A stretch of DNA of 20,000 nt from an uncultured virus (IMG/VR IMGVR_UViG_3300007515_000005) (IMGVR_UViG_3300007515_000005); one strand, 5' to 3'. Shown: positions 7,711-19,900, numbered from the stretch's first letter. The notes: a model not told the origin generated them from the letters alone. Made by a program: numbers and translations.

Positions 7711-8160
7711 ATGGAACTAAAAAGCCTGTTGGTCGACAGTAAGACCACTTGGGTTGAGTTTCCTGGTCTTGATGGATTTGAAGTTGAACTAGCGAATCTC
7801 TCCCGAAAAGAATTAGTAAATCTTAGAAAAAAATGTACTCAAAATAAATTTAATAGAAAAACTAGACAGTTTGAAGAACAATTAGATGATGATAAATTTG
7901 TAATAGAATTTACACAATCAACTGTAAAAGGTTGGAGAGGTCTCAAACTAAAATACTTAGAAGATTTAGTTTTAGTTGATTTAAAAGGACAAAATACAGA
8001 AACTGAATTAGACTATTCTGATGAAAATGCAAAAGAACTTGTAGAAAATTCAAGTGAATTTGATAATTGGCTCAATGAGGTAGTCTTTGACTTGGATAAT
8101 TTTCGTACAGAAGAGCAAAAAGAAGCTAATAAAGAAACTAAAAATATACCTGGATCATAA
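7711..8160 (+). CDS. Tail assembly chaperone (gpG-like)
   Basis: SD AGGAG 7699-7703. Acidic 149 aa protein, first of two small ORFs before the tape measure gene. Motifs VKGWRGL and DLDNFR. Confidence 0.85.
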   Translation: MELKSLLVDSKTTWVEFPGLDGFEVELANLSRKELVNLRKKCTQNKFNRKTRQFEEQLDDDKFVIEFTQSTVKGWRGLKLKYLEDLVLVDLKGQNTETELDYSDENAKELVENSSEFDNWLNEVVFDLDNFRTEEQKEANKETKNIPGS

Positions 8161-8497
8161 TAGAGTAGGTATGACCAAAGACCAGTATCTGCGAATGGTA
8201 GAGCAGACTGGCGAAGAAATAGATTGGGATAAGTGTCCTCCAGATCAAGAGGATTTTCCCGATTCTATTATAACAGCTCTTAATATATTTTATACATTAG
8301 GAGATAGAGTTTACCCAGATGTAGGATTTGTTGGAAAAGATTATACAAATCTTAATTTTTTATATGAGTATTATAATATAAAACATACCTCAGAAAAAGA
8401 ATGGATTTGGGAATTAATACATGTGATGGAAACAGAAGCCATCAAAGAATCGCAAAGGCAAATTAAAGCGAGTTTGGATAAAATAAAAAGAAAATAA
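8105..8497 (+). CDS. Tail assembly chaperone second part (gpT-like), probably expressed by frameshift; alternative ATG at 8171
   Basis: Open frame 8087-8497 overlaps the chaperone in the +1 frame. No strong SD. Lies immediately before the tape measure gene. Confidence 0.72.
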   Translation, partial: VQKSKKKLIKKLKIYLDHNRVGMTKDQYLRMVEQTGEEIDWDKCPPDQEDFPDSIITALNIFYTLGDRVYPDVGFVGKDYTNLNFLYEYYNIKHTSEKEWIWELIHVMETEAIKESQRQIKASLDKIKRK

Positions 8498-8498
8498 A

Positions 8499-11400
8499 AT
8501 GGCAGATAGTAGAGTACTAATTGAAATTATAACAACGAGTAAAGGGTTAAAAATAGCCGCCGTTGATGCTGCAAAATTAGCTAAAGAAACTGAGAAAATA
8601 GATAAGTCTCAAGATAAGGCTACAAAAAGCGGTAATAAATATCATAAATTACAGAAAGGAGTAGCTCAAGCAGGAGCGAATTCTACTAAAAACTTCTCAA
8701 AAATGAATCAAACAATGGGATCGGGAGGATCCTCTGGTTTGGTGGCAGCTTATGCAACATTAGCTGCTAACGTCTTTGCTGCGACCGCAGCATTTAGTGC
8801 TCTTTCTCGAGCAGCAGAATTTGAAAATCTTCAAACAGGTTTAACAGAATTAGGAGCTACCTCTGGGCAGACTCTATCTGTTGTGGCTGATGGTTTGAGA
8901 GAAATTACAGGTATGGCCTTATCTAGTGAAGAAGCCATGAGAGGAGCCGCTTTAGGTATTTCTGGTGGGTTTGGTGGAGCTGAATTAGAAGGACTAGCAA
9001 AAATAGCTAAAGGAGCTTCAATAACATTAGGTAGAAACTTACCAGATGCATTTGATAGATTAACAAGAGGTGCTATAAAGCTAGAGCCAGAAATATTAGA
9101 TGAATTAGGTATTATGGTTCGTGTAGATGATGCTATGCGGGATTATGCTGTACAATTAGGTAAAGCTTCAACTGCTCTTACTCAGATGGAAAAAAGACAA
9201 GCATTTATGAATGCAATTCTTGAACAAGGAGAAATGAAATTTGGACATATTGCTGATAGTGTTGAAACTGATGTATATGCTAAATTAGGAGCAACTTTTG
9301 CAGATTTAACTAAGCATATATTTACTTTTGTTAATGAATCTTTACGCTTAGGAGCTGTAGTTGGATTTTTAGCTGAAAATATGACAGTTCTTGCTGGAGT
9401 TATGATACTATTTGGTAGCACTATAGCAAGTAAGATGTTACCTTTTCTTGCTAATGCTGGAGAAGGAGCAGCCAGAACAGCTAAAAATTTAAGAGGTTTA
9501 GCTGATGCAGCAGCAGGTTCATTAAAAAGTACAAAAGATGCTATTGCTGCAAGTATTGTGGACGCTGATGTAGGATCAAAGGCTTTCAAAAAAACTATGG
9601 CAGATTATGTAGCAGGTAATGCGGGGGTTAAGGAGTTAACAATAGCAAAATCAAAATTAGCGGCAGGAGAAAGGCAACTTCATAAAAGAAGAGTATTTAA
9701 TTCTGCAAAAGAAAAGGCGGATCATGAAGCAAGAATTATAGCCTATCAACAAGAGCAAATAGAACTTGGAAAATTAATAGCTTTAGAAAGTGAACATGGA
9801 GCTGCTGCAGTAAAAGCAGATGCAGCTAGTATAATAGCAGATCAAGCACAAGCAAATTCTCGTGCTATTGCAGTATATACACAGGGTGGAGCAAGCCTTG
9901 GGCAGACATTAGGTGATTTAAAAGATGGATATGGAGATTTAAGGGATAAATTAGTAGAAAATGCTAAAGGTATGGAACATGGAAATAAAGTAACCAAGAA
10001 GCTACGAATTGGGAATGCAAAATTAAAAGCTGGTATGACTCAATTAGGAGCACAAGCTAAAGCTATAGGAGCAGCCTTTATGAGTTGGCTCCCATTAATA
10101 GGAGCTATAGTTATTATAGCAGGAGTACTATATGCAATTTGGAATAAACTTTATAACACAAAAGAACATAAGGCATATGTAAAACAACAAGAAAAATTAA
10201 ATGAAGTACTTGAAAATCAGGCAAAAATAGCAGACTCATATCGTAAAACAAATGAAACAATCCGTCGTTCAGCGGAGAGACAAGTACAAAATTTTGAACA
10301 AATAAGTAATAGTATTAAGCAAGTAAATAAAGAATTAAAAGAAACTATAAGACTCAGAGAATTATCAAGCAAAGACTATAGCATGGGAATGAGTGAAGAA
10401 AATGCAGCAGAAAGAGCTGAGAACTTTGGCAAAACTTATACCGCTAGTTCTGGGTATGCTAGTAGGGCAGTACTGGTAGATATGACAGAAGCAGAGGTAG
10501 GGGCGAAGATGGACTCCTTGATAGGTAAAAATGCAATAGACTTAACTAAAGAACAGTTAACTCAAATTTTTCAAGTAAAAGATAGTGATGAGTGGAAAAC
10601 ATTTCAAAATGCATTAAAGAGTGAAATTCCAATGATTGCAGAATCCGCCGCTAGAAAGTTTAATAATATAATGAGTGAAGGAATCAAAAATCCCAAAGAA
10701 TTAGTAATAGCATTAGCTGGGGGCATGCAAGATATGGAAGATGGTATGGGAGGCTTGGGAGCTGCTGTACGAGGTATGCATACAGGATTAGTAGAAGCAG
10801 AAAAAGAAGCTTCTAAATTTATGCAATCTTTTGCCAAAACAACAAAAGTTGATAGATTATCAGATGCTTTTGATACTATAGTACTTAGTCTTGACACTAT
10901 TGATAAAGAAGCAAAATTAGCTAATTTAATCCCAGAAAAGGGAGCAAAAGCATTATTAGAGACTGGAAAAGCTTTATCCTCGATGGGGGATACTACAGCT
11001 CGTATGGTTAGCAAAGACTTTGTTAATCAATTAGATAAGGTAAAGATGCTAGAAGATGAGATATGGAAAATTAATACTTCCGATAAGACTAAAAAGAAGA
11101 AGGAGGAGGAAATAGCTAAGCTAGAAAAAATACATGGCACTTTAGATAAAAACTTAGAGATATTGGGGGGTTATGACGATGCTGTTAGAAACGCTGCCAA
11201 AAATGCTTCTGTTTTACAAAGAACTTTATTAGTTACTGCACAAGAACTTAAAAATATATCTGCAACTCAAAAAACTATAAATGGTCTTCAAAAATCTGGT
11301 ATTAATATGCAAAAACATACAAATACATTAACAAAGAAAAAATTTGAATTAGAGAAGAGAGTACAAACAGCACAAAGGGGTTTCTTAGTAGATAATATTG

Positions 11401-13226
11401 AAGCAACAAAAGCAGCACGAGATATAGATCTTGGGTTTATGAAGCTTAAAAAGGGGCAACAAGTAGATATAGCAACTTTTGAAAAATTATCTGTTGAAGA
11501 CCAAATAAAACTTGCATCAGAATTAGGACTAAAGAAAGCTGATGTATATTCTTTAGAGCAGTTAAACTTTCAAATTAAAATGAAAAACTTGCAGGCAGAG
11601 CATGCTGAAACAATTGGAGTACATCAGGCAACTATACAAGTCTTTGAAACTTTAAAGAAGAAACATGAATTAGAAAAGAAAGCTTACGAGACACAACAGG
11701 AAATGTTCAAACTTCAAAGAAAAATAGCAAATTTTGAAGGAGGTAGAGGTTTTGCAGAAACAGGTGTAGAAGAAGCAAAAGCTAAAATTGATGCTGCAAA
11801 ATATGAATTAGACGTAGCAATACTTAGGCAAGAAGCAGAAAAGAAGATGATAGCCGCAAAAGCCAGAATCCAAGAAGCTGAATTAGTATTACTACAAGGC
11901 CAATTGGCATTAGCGAATATGCCTCCAATGAGTGAGGACGACGTAAAGCTTATTCAAGGCGCTATTAAAGACGCGGAAACATTAAGTACAACTGCTGTAG
12001 ACGATAATATAAAATTATTAAAACTTAAATATACAGGAGCTTTATTAGAATCTTTCGAAACTGCAATACAACAATCAGTTGAAGGAGATAATCTTAATGC
12101 ATATGCATTAGCTCTCGCAGCTGCTAGAGATCCTGGAGGTGTAGGAGGAGTTACGGAAGAAGCAAAGAAAAGAGAAACAGACGCGGGACGAACAGGCGAT
12201 GATGCTCAATTTACAGGAGAAGACGGAGTAATTACTTTTGCTGAAAAAATTAGTTTAATGAAAGTGATGACAGGTAAATTTACTGAAGAAATGTCAAAAC
12301 TTGGCCCTACAGGGGAAGCATATGCAAACTTTATGGCAGGCGCTTATGGAATGGCTGATGGTTTAACTGCAATAAAAGAAAATGGACTCAAATCTGCTGA
12401 AGGTATAAAGGGAGTGACTCAGATGATAGGCGGTATTGGTCAAATGATGCAAGCCGCTTCAGCAGCTAAAGTAGCCGCAATAGATAATGAAATAAAAGCA
12501 GAAGAAAAAAGAGATGGAAAGTCTAAAGAGTCTCTTGCAAAAATCCAGCAGTTAAAGATGAAAAAGTATCAAATTGAGAAAAAAGCTTTTGAACAAAATA
12601 AGAAAATACAATTAGCTGGTGCAATTATAGATGGACTTGCTGCTATACAGAGTGGTTTTTCTACTAAACCTTTCTGGCCTATGGGGCTATTAATGGGAGG
12701 TATGGCAACCGCAATGACTATGATGCAAATAAAAGCAATTAAGTCTCAAACTTTTTCAGGAGAAAAACCTGATATGTCAAAACCCACAGCACCAAATACA
12801 GCTTTAAATATAGGAAAGAGAGGCTCAAGTGTAGATGTTTCTAGAGGAGCAACAGGTGGAGAATTAGGCTACTTAAGAGGTCAAAGAGGATATGGTACAT
12901 CAGCATCAAATTGGAAACCTACAGGAGGAGCAGCTGGATTAAGAAGTGGATATGGAGCTGGAGGAGTTCTCGTAGGAGAAAGAGGCCCAGAAGTAATAGC
13001 TCCAAGAGGGGGGTATGAAGTAACTCCAAATGACCAGTTAGGTGGTGGAGCTGGTAATGTAAACTTTACAATAAACGCAGTAGATGCTGCAGGTGTAGAA
13101 GACGTACTACTTAGACAAAGAGGACATATAATAGGAATGATAAGAGAAGCAGCGAATGACAATGGGGAAAGATTTTTAGAACAAGTAGATACTCAAGTTT
13201 ATGCAAGTGAAGCAGGTGGTGGATAA
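8499..13226 (+). CDS. Tape measure protein (T5 pb2-like)
   Basis: 1575 aa, Ala/Lys/Glu-rich and helical. GLVAAYATLAANVFA, DAFDRLTRG..KLEPEILDELGI, hydrophobic segments, and C-terminal GGVLVGERGPEVIAP motif. Confidence 0.93.
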   Translation: MADSRVLIEIITTSKGLKIAAVDAAKLAKETEKIDKSQDKATKSGNKYHKLQKGVAQAGANSTKNFSKMNQTMGSGGSSGLVAAYATLAANVFAATAAFSALSRAAEFENLQTGLTELGATSGQTLSVVADGLREITGMALSSEEAMRGAALGISGGFGGAELEGLAKIAKGASITLGRNLPDAFDRLTRGAIKLEPEILDELGIMVRVDDAMRDYAVQLGKASTALTQMEKRQAFMNAILEQGEMKFGHIADSVETDVYAKLGATFADLTKHIFTFVNESLRLGAVVGFLAENMTVLAGVMILFGSTIASKMLPFLANAGEGAARTAKNLRGLADAAAGSLKSTKDAIAASIVDADVGSKAFKKTMADYVAGNAGVKELTIAKSKLAAGERQLHKRRVFNSAKEKADHEARIIAYQQEQIELGKLIALESEHGAAAVKADAASIIADQAQANSRAIAVYTQGGASLGQTLGDLKDGYGDLRDKLVENAKGMEHGNKVTKKLRIGNAKLKAGMTQLGAQAKAIGAAFMSWLPLIGAIVIIAGVLYAIWNKLYNTKEHKAYVKQQEKLNEVLENQAKIADSYRKTNETIRRSAERQVQNFEQISNSIKQVNKELKETIRLRELSSKDYSMGMSEENAAERAENFGKTYTASSGYASRAVLVDMTEAEVGAKMDSLIGKNAIDLTKEQLTQIFQVKDSDEWKTFQNALKSEIPMIAESAARKFNNIMSEGIKNPKELVIALAGGMQDMEDGMGGLGAAVRGMHTGLVEAEKEASKFMQSFAKTTKVDRLSDAFDTIVLSLDTIDKEAKLANLIPEKGAKALLETGKALSSMGDTTARMVSKDFVNQLDKVKMLEDEIWKINTSDKTKKKKEEEIAKLEKIHGTLDKNLEILGGYDDAVRNAAKNASVLQRTLLVTAQELKNISATQKTINGLQKSGINMQKHTNTLTKKKFELEKRVQTAQRGFLVDNIEATKAARDIDLGFMKLKKGQQVDIATFEKLSVEDQIKLASELGLKKADVYSLEQLNFQIKMKNLQAEHAETIGVHQATIQVFETLKKKHELEKKAYETQQEMFKLQRKIANFEGGRGFAETGVEEAKAKIDAAKYELDVAILRQEAEKKMIAAKARIQEAELVLLQGQLALANMPPMSEDDVKLIQGAIKDAETLSTTAVDDNIKLLKLKYTGALLESFETAIQQSVEGDNLNAYALALAAARDPGGVGGVTEEAKKRETDAGRTGDDAQFTGEDGVITFAEKISLMKVMTGKFTEEMSKLGPTGEAYANFMAGAYGMADGLTAIKENGLKSAEGIKGVTQMIGGIGQMMQAASAAKVAAIDNEIKAEEKRDGKSKESLAKIQQLKMKKYQIEKKAFEQNKKIQLAGAIIDGLAAIQSGFSTKPFWPMGLLMGGMATAMTMMQIKAIKSQTFSGEKPDMSKPTAPNTALNIGKRGSSVDVSRGATGGELGYLRGQRGYGTSASNWKPTGGAAGLRSGYGAGGVLVGERGPEVIAPRGGYEVTPNDQLGGGAGNVNFTINAVDAAGVEDVLLRQRGHIIGMIREAANDNGERFLEQVDTQVYASEAGGG

Positions 13227-13942
13227 TGGCAAATTTTAGTTCTTTTTCAAACAGACTTCCCGATCCTAATTGGGGGTTAAATGAGGCTGGAGATGGTCAT
13301 GCAAGTAATTATACAGAAGGACCTGGATTTGCTTCGGTTAAAGTAAGCTCTATGCAACCTGTAGCCACTAGTGTAACAAATAGTGGAAGGGTATCATCGA
13401 GAACGATTCATGCTCATAGATGGAAAATCTCAATACAATATAATCCTTTAACTAGAAATCAATTTGAACCAATTTATAATTTTCTTTTAGAAAAAAGAGG
13501 TAAATTAAAACCTTTTGAAATAGTATTACCTCAATATAATAGTCCTAGAACTACTACTAGTGGAACTATAAGCGTTGATGGGGCAATAACAGCAGGAGCA
13601 ACAAACTTTAAAGTTGATGGCTTCGGAAGCGTTACTGGAGGATTAAGACCAGGTGATATGTTTAACTTTACGGACAGTAATAACTCAAACCATAAGAAAA
13701 CATATAGAATTGTAAGAGTTTTAACTAATTCAGATTATTTAACAGGAGGAACACAACCCGCATCAGATGAACGAGTTTATTATACTATTCCTTCTGTAGA
13801 GAAAGGAGTAGCAGATAATTCTACTCTAACTTATACCAACCCTACTTTTAGGGTTATGCAAGAAGGCGATATTCGAGAATACTCTTTAGGCACAAACAAT
13901 CTATATACATTTTCATTAAATTTAATAGAGGCTCAACCTTAA
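13226..13942 (+). CDS. Distal tail protein (Dit, T5 pb9-like)
   Basis: Coupled to the tape measure gene by TAATG. Motifs LPDP, GPGFASV, WKISIQYNPLT, GDMFNF...HKKTY and YTFSLNLIEA. Confidence 0.88.
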   Translation: MANFSSFSNRLPDPNWGLNEAGDGHASNYTEGPGFASVKVSSMQPVATSVTNSGRVSSRTIHAHRWKISIQYNPLTRNQFEPIYNFLLEKRGKLKPFEIVLPQYNSPRTTTSGTISVDGAITAGATNFKVDGFGSVTGGLRPGDMFNFTDSNNSNHKKTYRIVRVLTNSDYLTGGTQPASDERVYYTIPSVEKGVADNSTLTYTNPTFRVMQEGDIREYSLGTNNLYTFSLNLIEAQP

Positions 13943-13943
13943 A

Positions 13944-16900
13944 ATGTCAACTGAGAGATCAATAAATGCGAATATTAAAACTCATCTACTTTCGAATGAG
14001 CCGCTACAGTATGCCCATCTTGTAAAATTCGAACGTCCGTTCGATCCCGATCCACTTACAGGAAAATTCCGAACAAATAAAGAACGATATGCGTACTTTA
14101 CAGATGCTGCGCACGATATTTCGTACAATGACGGAACTACAGACCAAGATGGAAATTCTAATGGGGCAATGACCTATAGAGCTAATAGAGTACTTAAGAT
14201 AGGTAATTATTCTGAAACAACAATAGCAAGAGCAACAAGTTTAAAACTTACTTTAGCAGGAGAAGATTTAGGGGCTGCAGTAAGTTTAAATGGAGCTTTA
14301 TCAACAGCAACAGTAGATAGTGTAACTGTAGGACGATTTACTCCAACTTCTACAATTTATGAGGGGGAAGTATTAGATTTTACAGAGAAAGGATTTAAAG
14401 AAGGAGACTTAATAACCTTTACTAATACAACAACTAGTGCAGTTGATAGTAACGCTTATACTAATAAATATATTATAACTCTATCTTCAGCTAATTCTCA
14501 GATTAAGGAAGGAGCTATAGTTACAGGTACAGGTATCGGTACAAATACAAAAGTAGTAAGTATTGATAGTGCAACCTTAACTTTGGATAAATTAGTATCA
14601 GTTAGTTCTGGAGCAACCTTAACTTTTGAAAATTCAAATACATATTTTCTTAATAGATTTAGAACTAATAATACTGTTCTTGAATTTTCACGAACAGGAG
14701 ATGATAGTGATGATAGTGCTTTTTTAAGTCTTACTGATGATTTTACTATTTCTCTTAAATCTCAAGAAGTAACCTCAATTTTAGAAGATAGGCAGATTGA
14801 AGCAGGAGCCATTTCTCGAGATACAAGTTTAGCTAGTCCTAGTTTTTTGCATAGACAAGTTTTTGTTTATAAAGTGTTTATTGATCCTGATGATGGAAGT
14901 ATAATTGGTAATACATCAATTTTAGTTTTTAAAGGGATTGTAGCTTCATCTAGTTTATCAGAAGATGGCACTAATACGATAGTTGATTGGTCAGTAACTA
15001 GTCATTGGGGAGATTTTGAAGGAATACAAGGAAGATTAACAACTGATGAAACTCATAGATCTTTAGATGCAAGAGGTAAACCAAATATTGAACAAGGAAT
15101 TAGACCAGAATATGCAGGAGATCTTGGATTTTTACATTCTGAAACTTCATTAAGCGCTATAGCCATATATAATACTAAAGGTCAAGGCTCTAAACTGAAA
15201 TCCAAAAGAAGGGGTGGTTTTGCAGGACTTACAGGTCAGAAGTATTATGTAACTGAAACTTGGGAATATGATATTCAAAATGAAGTAGATTTAAATATTC
15301 ATTTACAAGGAAAACATCTTCCTGTAGTTTATGGAGTTCAAAGACTAAATTCTGTTCCAATTTTTGCAGATACTTTAAATAGTGATTCTAAAAAAGTTTA
15401 TACAGCTGATGCTATTTGTGAAGGAGAAATTCATGGTGTATATAATATATACATAGATGATGTTCCTTTAATTTGTACTGATGATAATGATTATGATATA
15501 CGAAATGCTACTAATGGAACTGATACAGACAATACTCAGTTACAATGTTATGGAAATATGTCAAAAGGAGATACTTTAAATGGTCATTTAATGAGAACAG
15601 CTCCTTACTCAACAGCAGATGAACAAAGAGTAATGGCAGGGTTATCTCCATCTTCAGCTACTATGGCGGGAACCCATGTACCTCTTATTGGTACTCCTTT
15701 TTCTACTGGGCATCAAGACGCTGTAGAAGATTCAGCTCATTCTCCTTTAAAATATAGAAGCGTAGCTCCTCAAAATATTCAAGGATTAACTGCATCAACA
15801 GAAGGATTAAATCATGACGAATCTTATAAAATTAATCTAGGAGATGGCGGAGTTTTATCTAGTACAATGTTTACTGGACAAGCAAATCAAAAAGCTTGTG
15901 ACTCTTTAGTAACTCCAGCAGAAAATGTTACAAAAGTTATGTCTGTAACTATAACAAATCCTGGAGATGGTTATACTAGCGCTCCTACTGGAGTAATAGA
16001 TGCTCCTGATAGTGGCGGAACTCAAGCAACTATAGGAAGTATAACTTTAGGAACTGCAGAAAATGGAGAAACTGATGTATTAGGAAATATAACAGTAAAT
16101 AATCATGGAACTGGGTATGCACCTGTAGATACGCCTGTAGGAGTTACATTTAGTGGCGGCGGTGGTTCAGGGGGTGCAGCGGTTGCAAATTTAGGGGGTT
16201 ATAAAAGACAAAATGACTATTATGATGGAAATTTACCTTATTGGGGTCCCGCTCATAGATTATTAGATACAGCTTATGTAGCTACTTCGTTTGAACTTAA
16301 TGCTGATCAAACTTCATTACCTGAGATAGAATATATTGTAAAGGGGAAGGTTTTAGAATGTCATAATTATGATAATACTTATTTACCAGACCCTTCAGTA
16401 ACAAGTGCTGCTCATACGAATTTTGTAGAGGGTTCAATATATACAGTTGAATATAGTTCTGATGGTTCAAGTTGGACAACAGATACTACAGGTACTTGGA
16501 CAAATAATAAGTTTAAAATTTTAGATAAATATGAATTTACAAACCATAGGGGAGTTACAACTTGGCGTTTTAGATTAGATACTACTCCTGCTTTAGGGGG
16601 TGCAACTCCAACTCAAACTAGATTAAGATTAAAAAATGGAAATGATTATTGGTATATGATTACTTGGAATCATGCTGTAGTATCTACAGAGACAGCTTTC
16701 CCAGATGAATGGACTACAGCAACTTTAGGTGTAGCTAGTGGTAAACTAACAGCAACAGTAGCAGATGCAACAGCTGGAACCCCTGCTTTAAATACTTATA
16801 CTGAGTTTCAATTTTATAACGCAGATTGGTATGATGATTATAGTCATGATTATGACCATACAAAAGGTTTAAAGTACGGTGTTTTAAAAGGAACTTGGAG

Positions 16901-19900
16901 TGGAAATACAATAACTTTTGATGGAACTGATTATACAGGAATAAGTTCTTTTGGAACTAATAAAATTAGACCAGCAGATGCATTTGATTTATCTAGTGTA
17001 AGTGCCGTAGCTAATATAACTAATACTGGAGAATTATATAGTGGTCGTACTACAACTCAATACCATTATCTTACACACGCAGCAACTAGTCAAACAGAGC
17101 ACGAAATAGGAGCTAGATTAATAAATGAAACAACAGGAGAATGGAGAGAAATTATTGGATTTAATACTACTACTGATGTAGTAACTATAGAAACTCCTTT
17201 CTTTACGCCACCTTTAACTACTCATAAATTTACAATATCAGGAAGAGGAAAAGATTTAAGAGCTTCTTCTAATCCAGCCATACAAACTTTAGATTACTTA
17301 ACAAGTAAACGCTATGGTAAAGGAGCAGATTTAGCTGAAGATGTAGATTTATCTAGTTTTATATCTGCTGCAAAATTATGTGATTCTAGATCAAACATAC
17401 AATTAAAAGTAGAAAGTATTACAGGGATAGCAGAAGGAGATATATTTACTTTAACCCATAATGGAGCAAGTGATGGAACTCATGTTGCCTCAGGAAAAGT
17501 AGCTGCTGGGGGTATTGATGCAAGTGGTAATACTATTACTCTTACTCAAGTTATAAATAAGTTTGCAAAAAGATATTCGACTTATACATCACTTAATACA
17601 GGAGATATAGTATATACTGATGCTGGAGCCTACTACAGAGCTACTGCAGATATAGCAACCCCTCCTTCAACTGTACCTTCACATGGGAGTCAAACAACAG
17701 TTGCTAACTTATTACATATCGGAAATTATGATGATAATGTAGGAGCCAATCCTATTGTAGTACATAAAACTTCAGGAAGTGGTAGTGCTTCTACTTTAAA
17801 TGTGCAAAAAAGACAAGGAACCCCAGTAGAGTATTCTTTATATGATTCAGATTGGGTAAAATATTGGAAATATTATGGGTGGGATCATCATCATCAAAGA
17901 GAAGTAACTAGACACCAAACTAACTTTATATTAGATACTGGTAAATCTGTTTTTGCAAATATGAATGCATTACTTTCTCACTTTAATGGAATTCTTTCCT
18001 ATGAAAATGGAAAATACACATTAGATGTTGAAACTCAAATGGACGCACCAACTATAAGTTTAAATGCTAATCAAGAGAATATTAATCCGTATTATATAGA
18101 AAATTCAGATATAATAGGTAGAATATCCTTAAAAGATAATTCTAGTAAGAAAGCCAAAAATACAGTTAAAGCTAGTATAGCTGATCCACAGAATAATTTT
18201 GGGTCTAGAAGCATTACTTTCTTTAACTCTGACTTTTTAAAAGCAGATAGAAATATAGTAAAGAACGGACAATTTCCTTTTACAGGAATAACAAATTATT
18301 ATAATGGTAGAATTGGAGCCGAAAAAGAATTATATCAAAGTAGGTTCTCAAAAGAAATAAGTTTCACTGTCGGTTCAAGAGGCTTATTATTAAAGGCTGG
18401 ACAAGTTATTGCTATAACATATGATCCGTTTGGGTGGAGCTCTAAATTGTTTAGAATCGATAACCTTTCATTTCAAGCAAATTGTAATGTTTCGGTAAAA
18501 GCTACAGAGTATGATGATAGCATTTATGAAATCACTAAACAACAATTTAGTAATGTTATGAGTCAAAGTTCTGCTTCTTATACTCTACCTATTCCACCAA
18601 AGCCTACAGACTTAGATGCTACTACAGATAAAAATGGTTCTATAATTATAACTTGGAAGAATGGTGTAAGTGATAATAATGCTTTTGATGAAAGAACTGA
18701 TTCTACAGAAATATGGTATAATAGTTCAGATGATAGAGATTCTTCAACTTTATTAGCAACTGTAGATAATTCAACTTCATATACATTTACTTCTACTGTT
18801 GCGGAGAATAAATACTTTTGGATTAGACATAAAAGAATGTCAACTATGTCGAAAGGGAGTAAAACAGGTACTATACATTCTGCTTGGAACGCTTCAGCGG
18901 GAGAATTAGGGACTTCTTTATCAATAAGTGCTGGGGCAACAAGTGTTAAATTACTACCAAGTAGCCATGTAATTGATTGGAATAAAGAAGCATCAGATGA
19001 ACAATCTACTATTAATTTTACTACTGATATACAAGGTATGTCAGGAACTCTTTATTATGACTTCTTAGTTGGAGCAACATCAAAACAAAATACTACAACT
19101 TCTACTTGGACTTTACCTGACGCAGATGAACCCGGCCCAACAGATGCTCCAATAAAAATTACAGTTAAAGTTAGGCAAGGATCAACTTCAGGAACTCTTT
19201 TAGCACAAGATGTAGTTTCAATTTACGCAATACAAGACGGACAGAATACTGTTACCGGGATATTGACAAATGAATCACATACTGTACCCACAAATTCTGA
19301 TGGATCAGGAGCGAGCTTTACTGGAGCGGGAGGAACTTATTTAGTATATTATGGAAATGATAAAATTCAAGATATATCGGGTTATCAAGCGTCAGATTTA
19401 GTATTTAGTGTACAAGGCACAACAGGAACAGTAACAGCAGCTATAAATGCAACTACTGGAGTATATTCAATATCAGCACTTAGTTCCGATGTAGCTACAG
19501 TAACTTTCAGAGCGATAGTTAAGGGCAGTATGTTAGGCGGCCTTGATACCACAAATGATGTAACAAGAGATAAAATTTATACAATATCAAGAGCAAAAGC
19601 AGGAGTTGATGCATCTGGAGTAGCAGGTTTAAATCAAAAAACAATAGAATTATATTATCTTAATAATGATGCAAGTAGTGCCCCAACACTTCCAAATAAT
19701 CCTTTATATTGGAATTTTGTGGAAAGAAAACTAGTACAATCCTCAGGATCAACAACAACTTTAAATGATGGACATGCCTCTCTTGATGATTGGAAACAGG
19801 CTCTCCCCCCGACTACAGCTGCTAATGGAGTGAGATGGGTTACAATGGCGGTGGCTTCTGCCAATACTGATGAAGACACAATAGCGGCAGGAGATTGGGC

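Noticed and set aside
8116..8146. A-rich runs (CAAAAAG, TAAAAAT) as -1 slippery sites in the chaperone overlap
   Set aside because: The downstream ORF is in the +1 frame, so -1 slippage would not reach it. A -2 or +1 slip on these runs cannot be fully excluded.
9182..13162. Minus-strand ORFs 9182-9589, 10604-11014 and 12881-13162
   Set aside because: Antisense to the tape measure gene; explained by codon bias of the sense strand.
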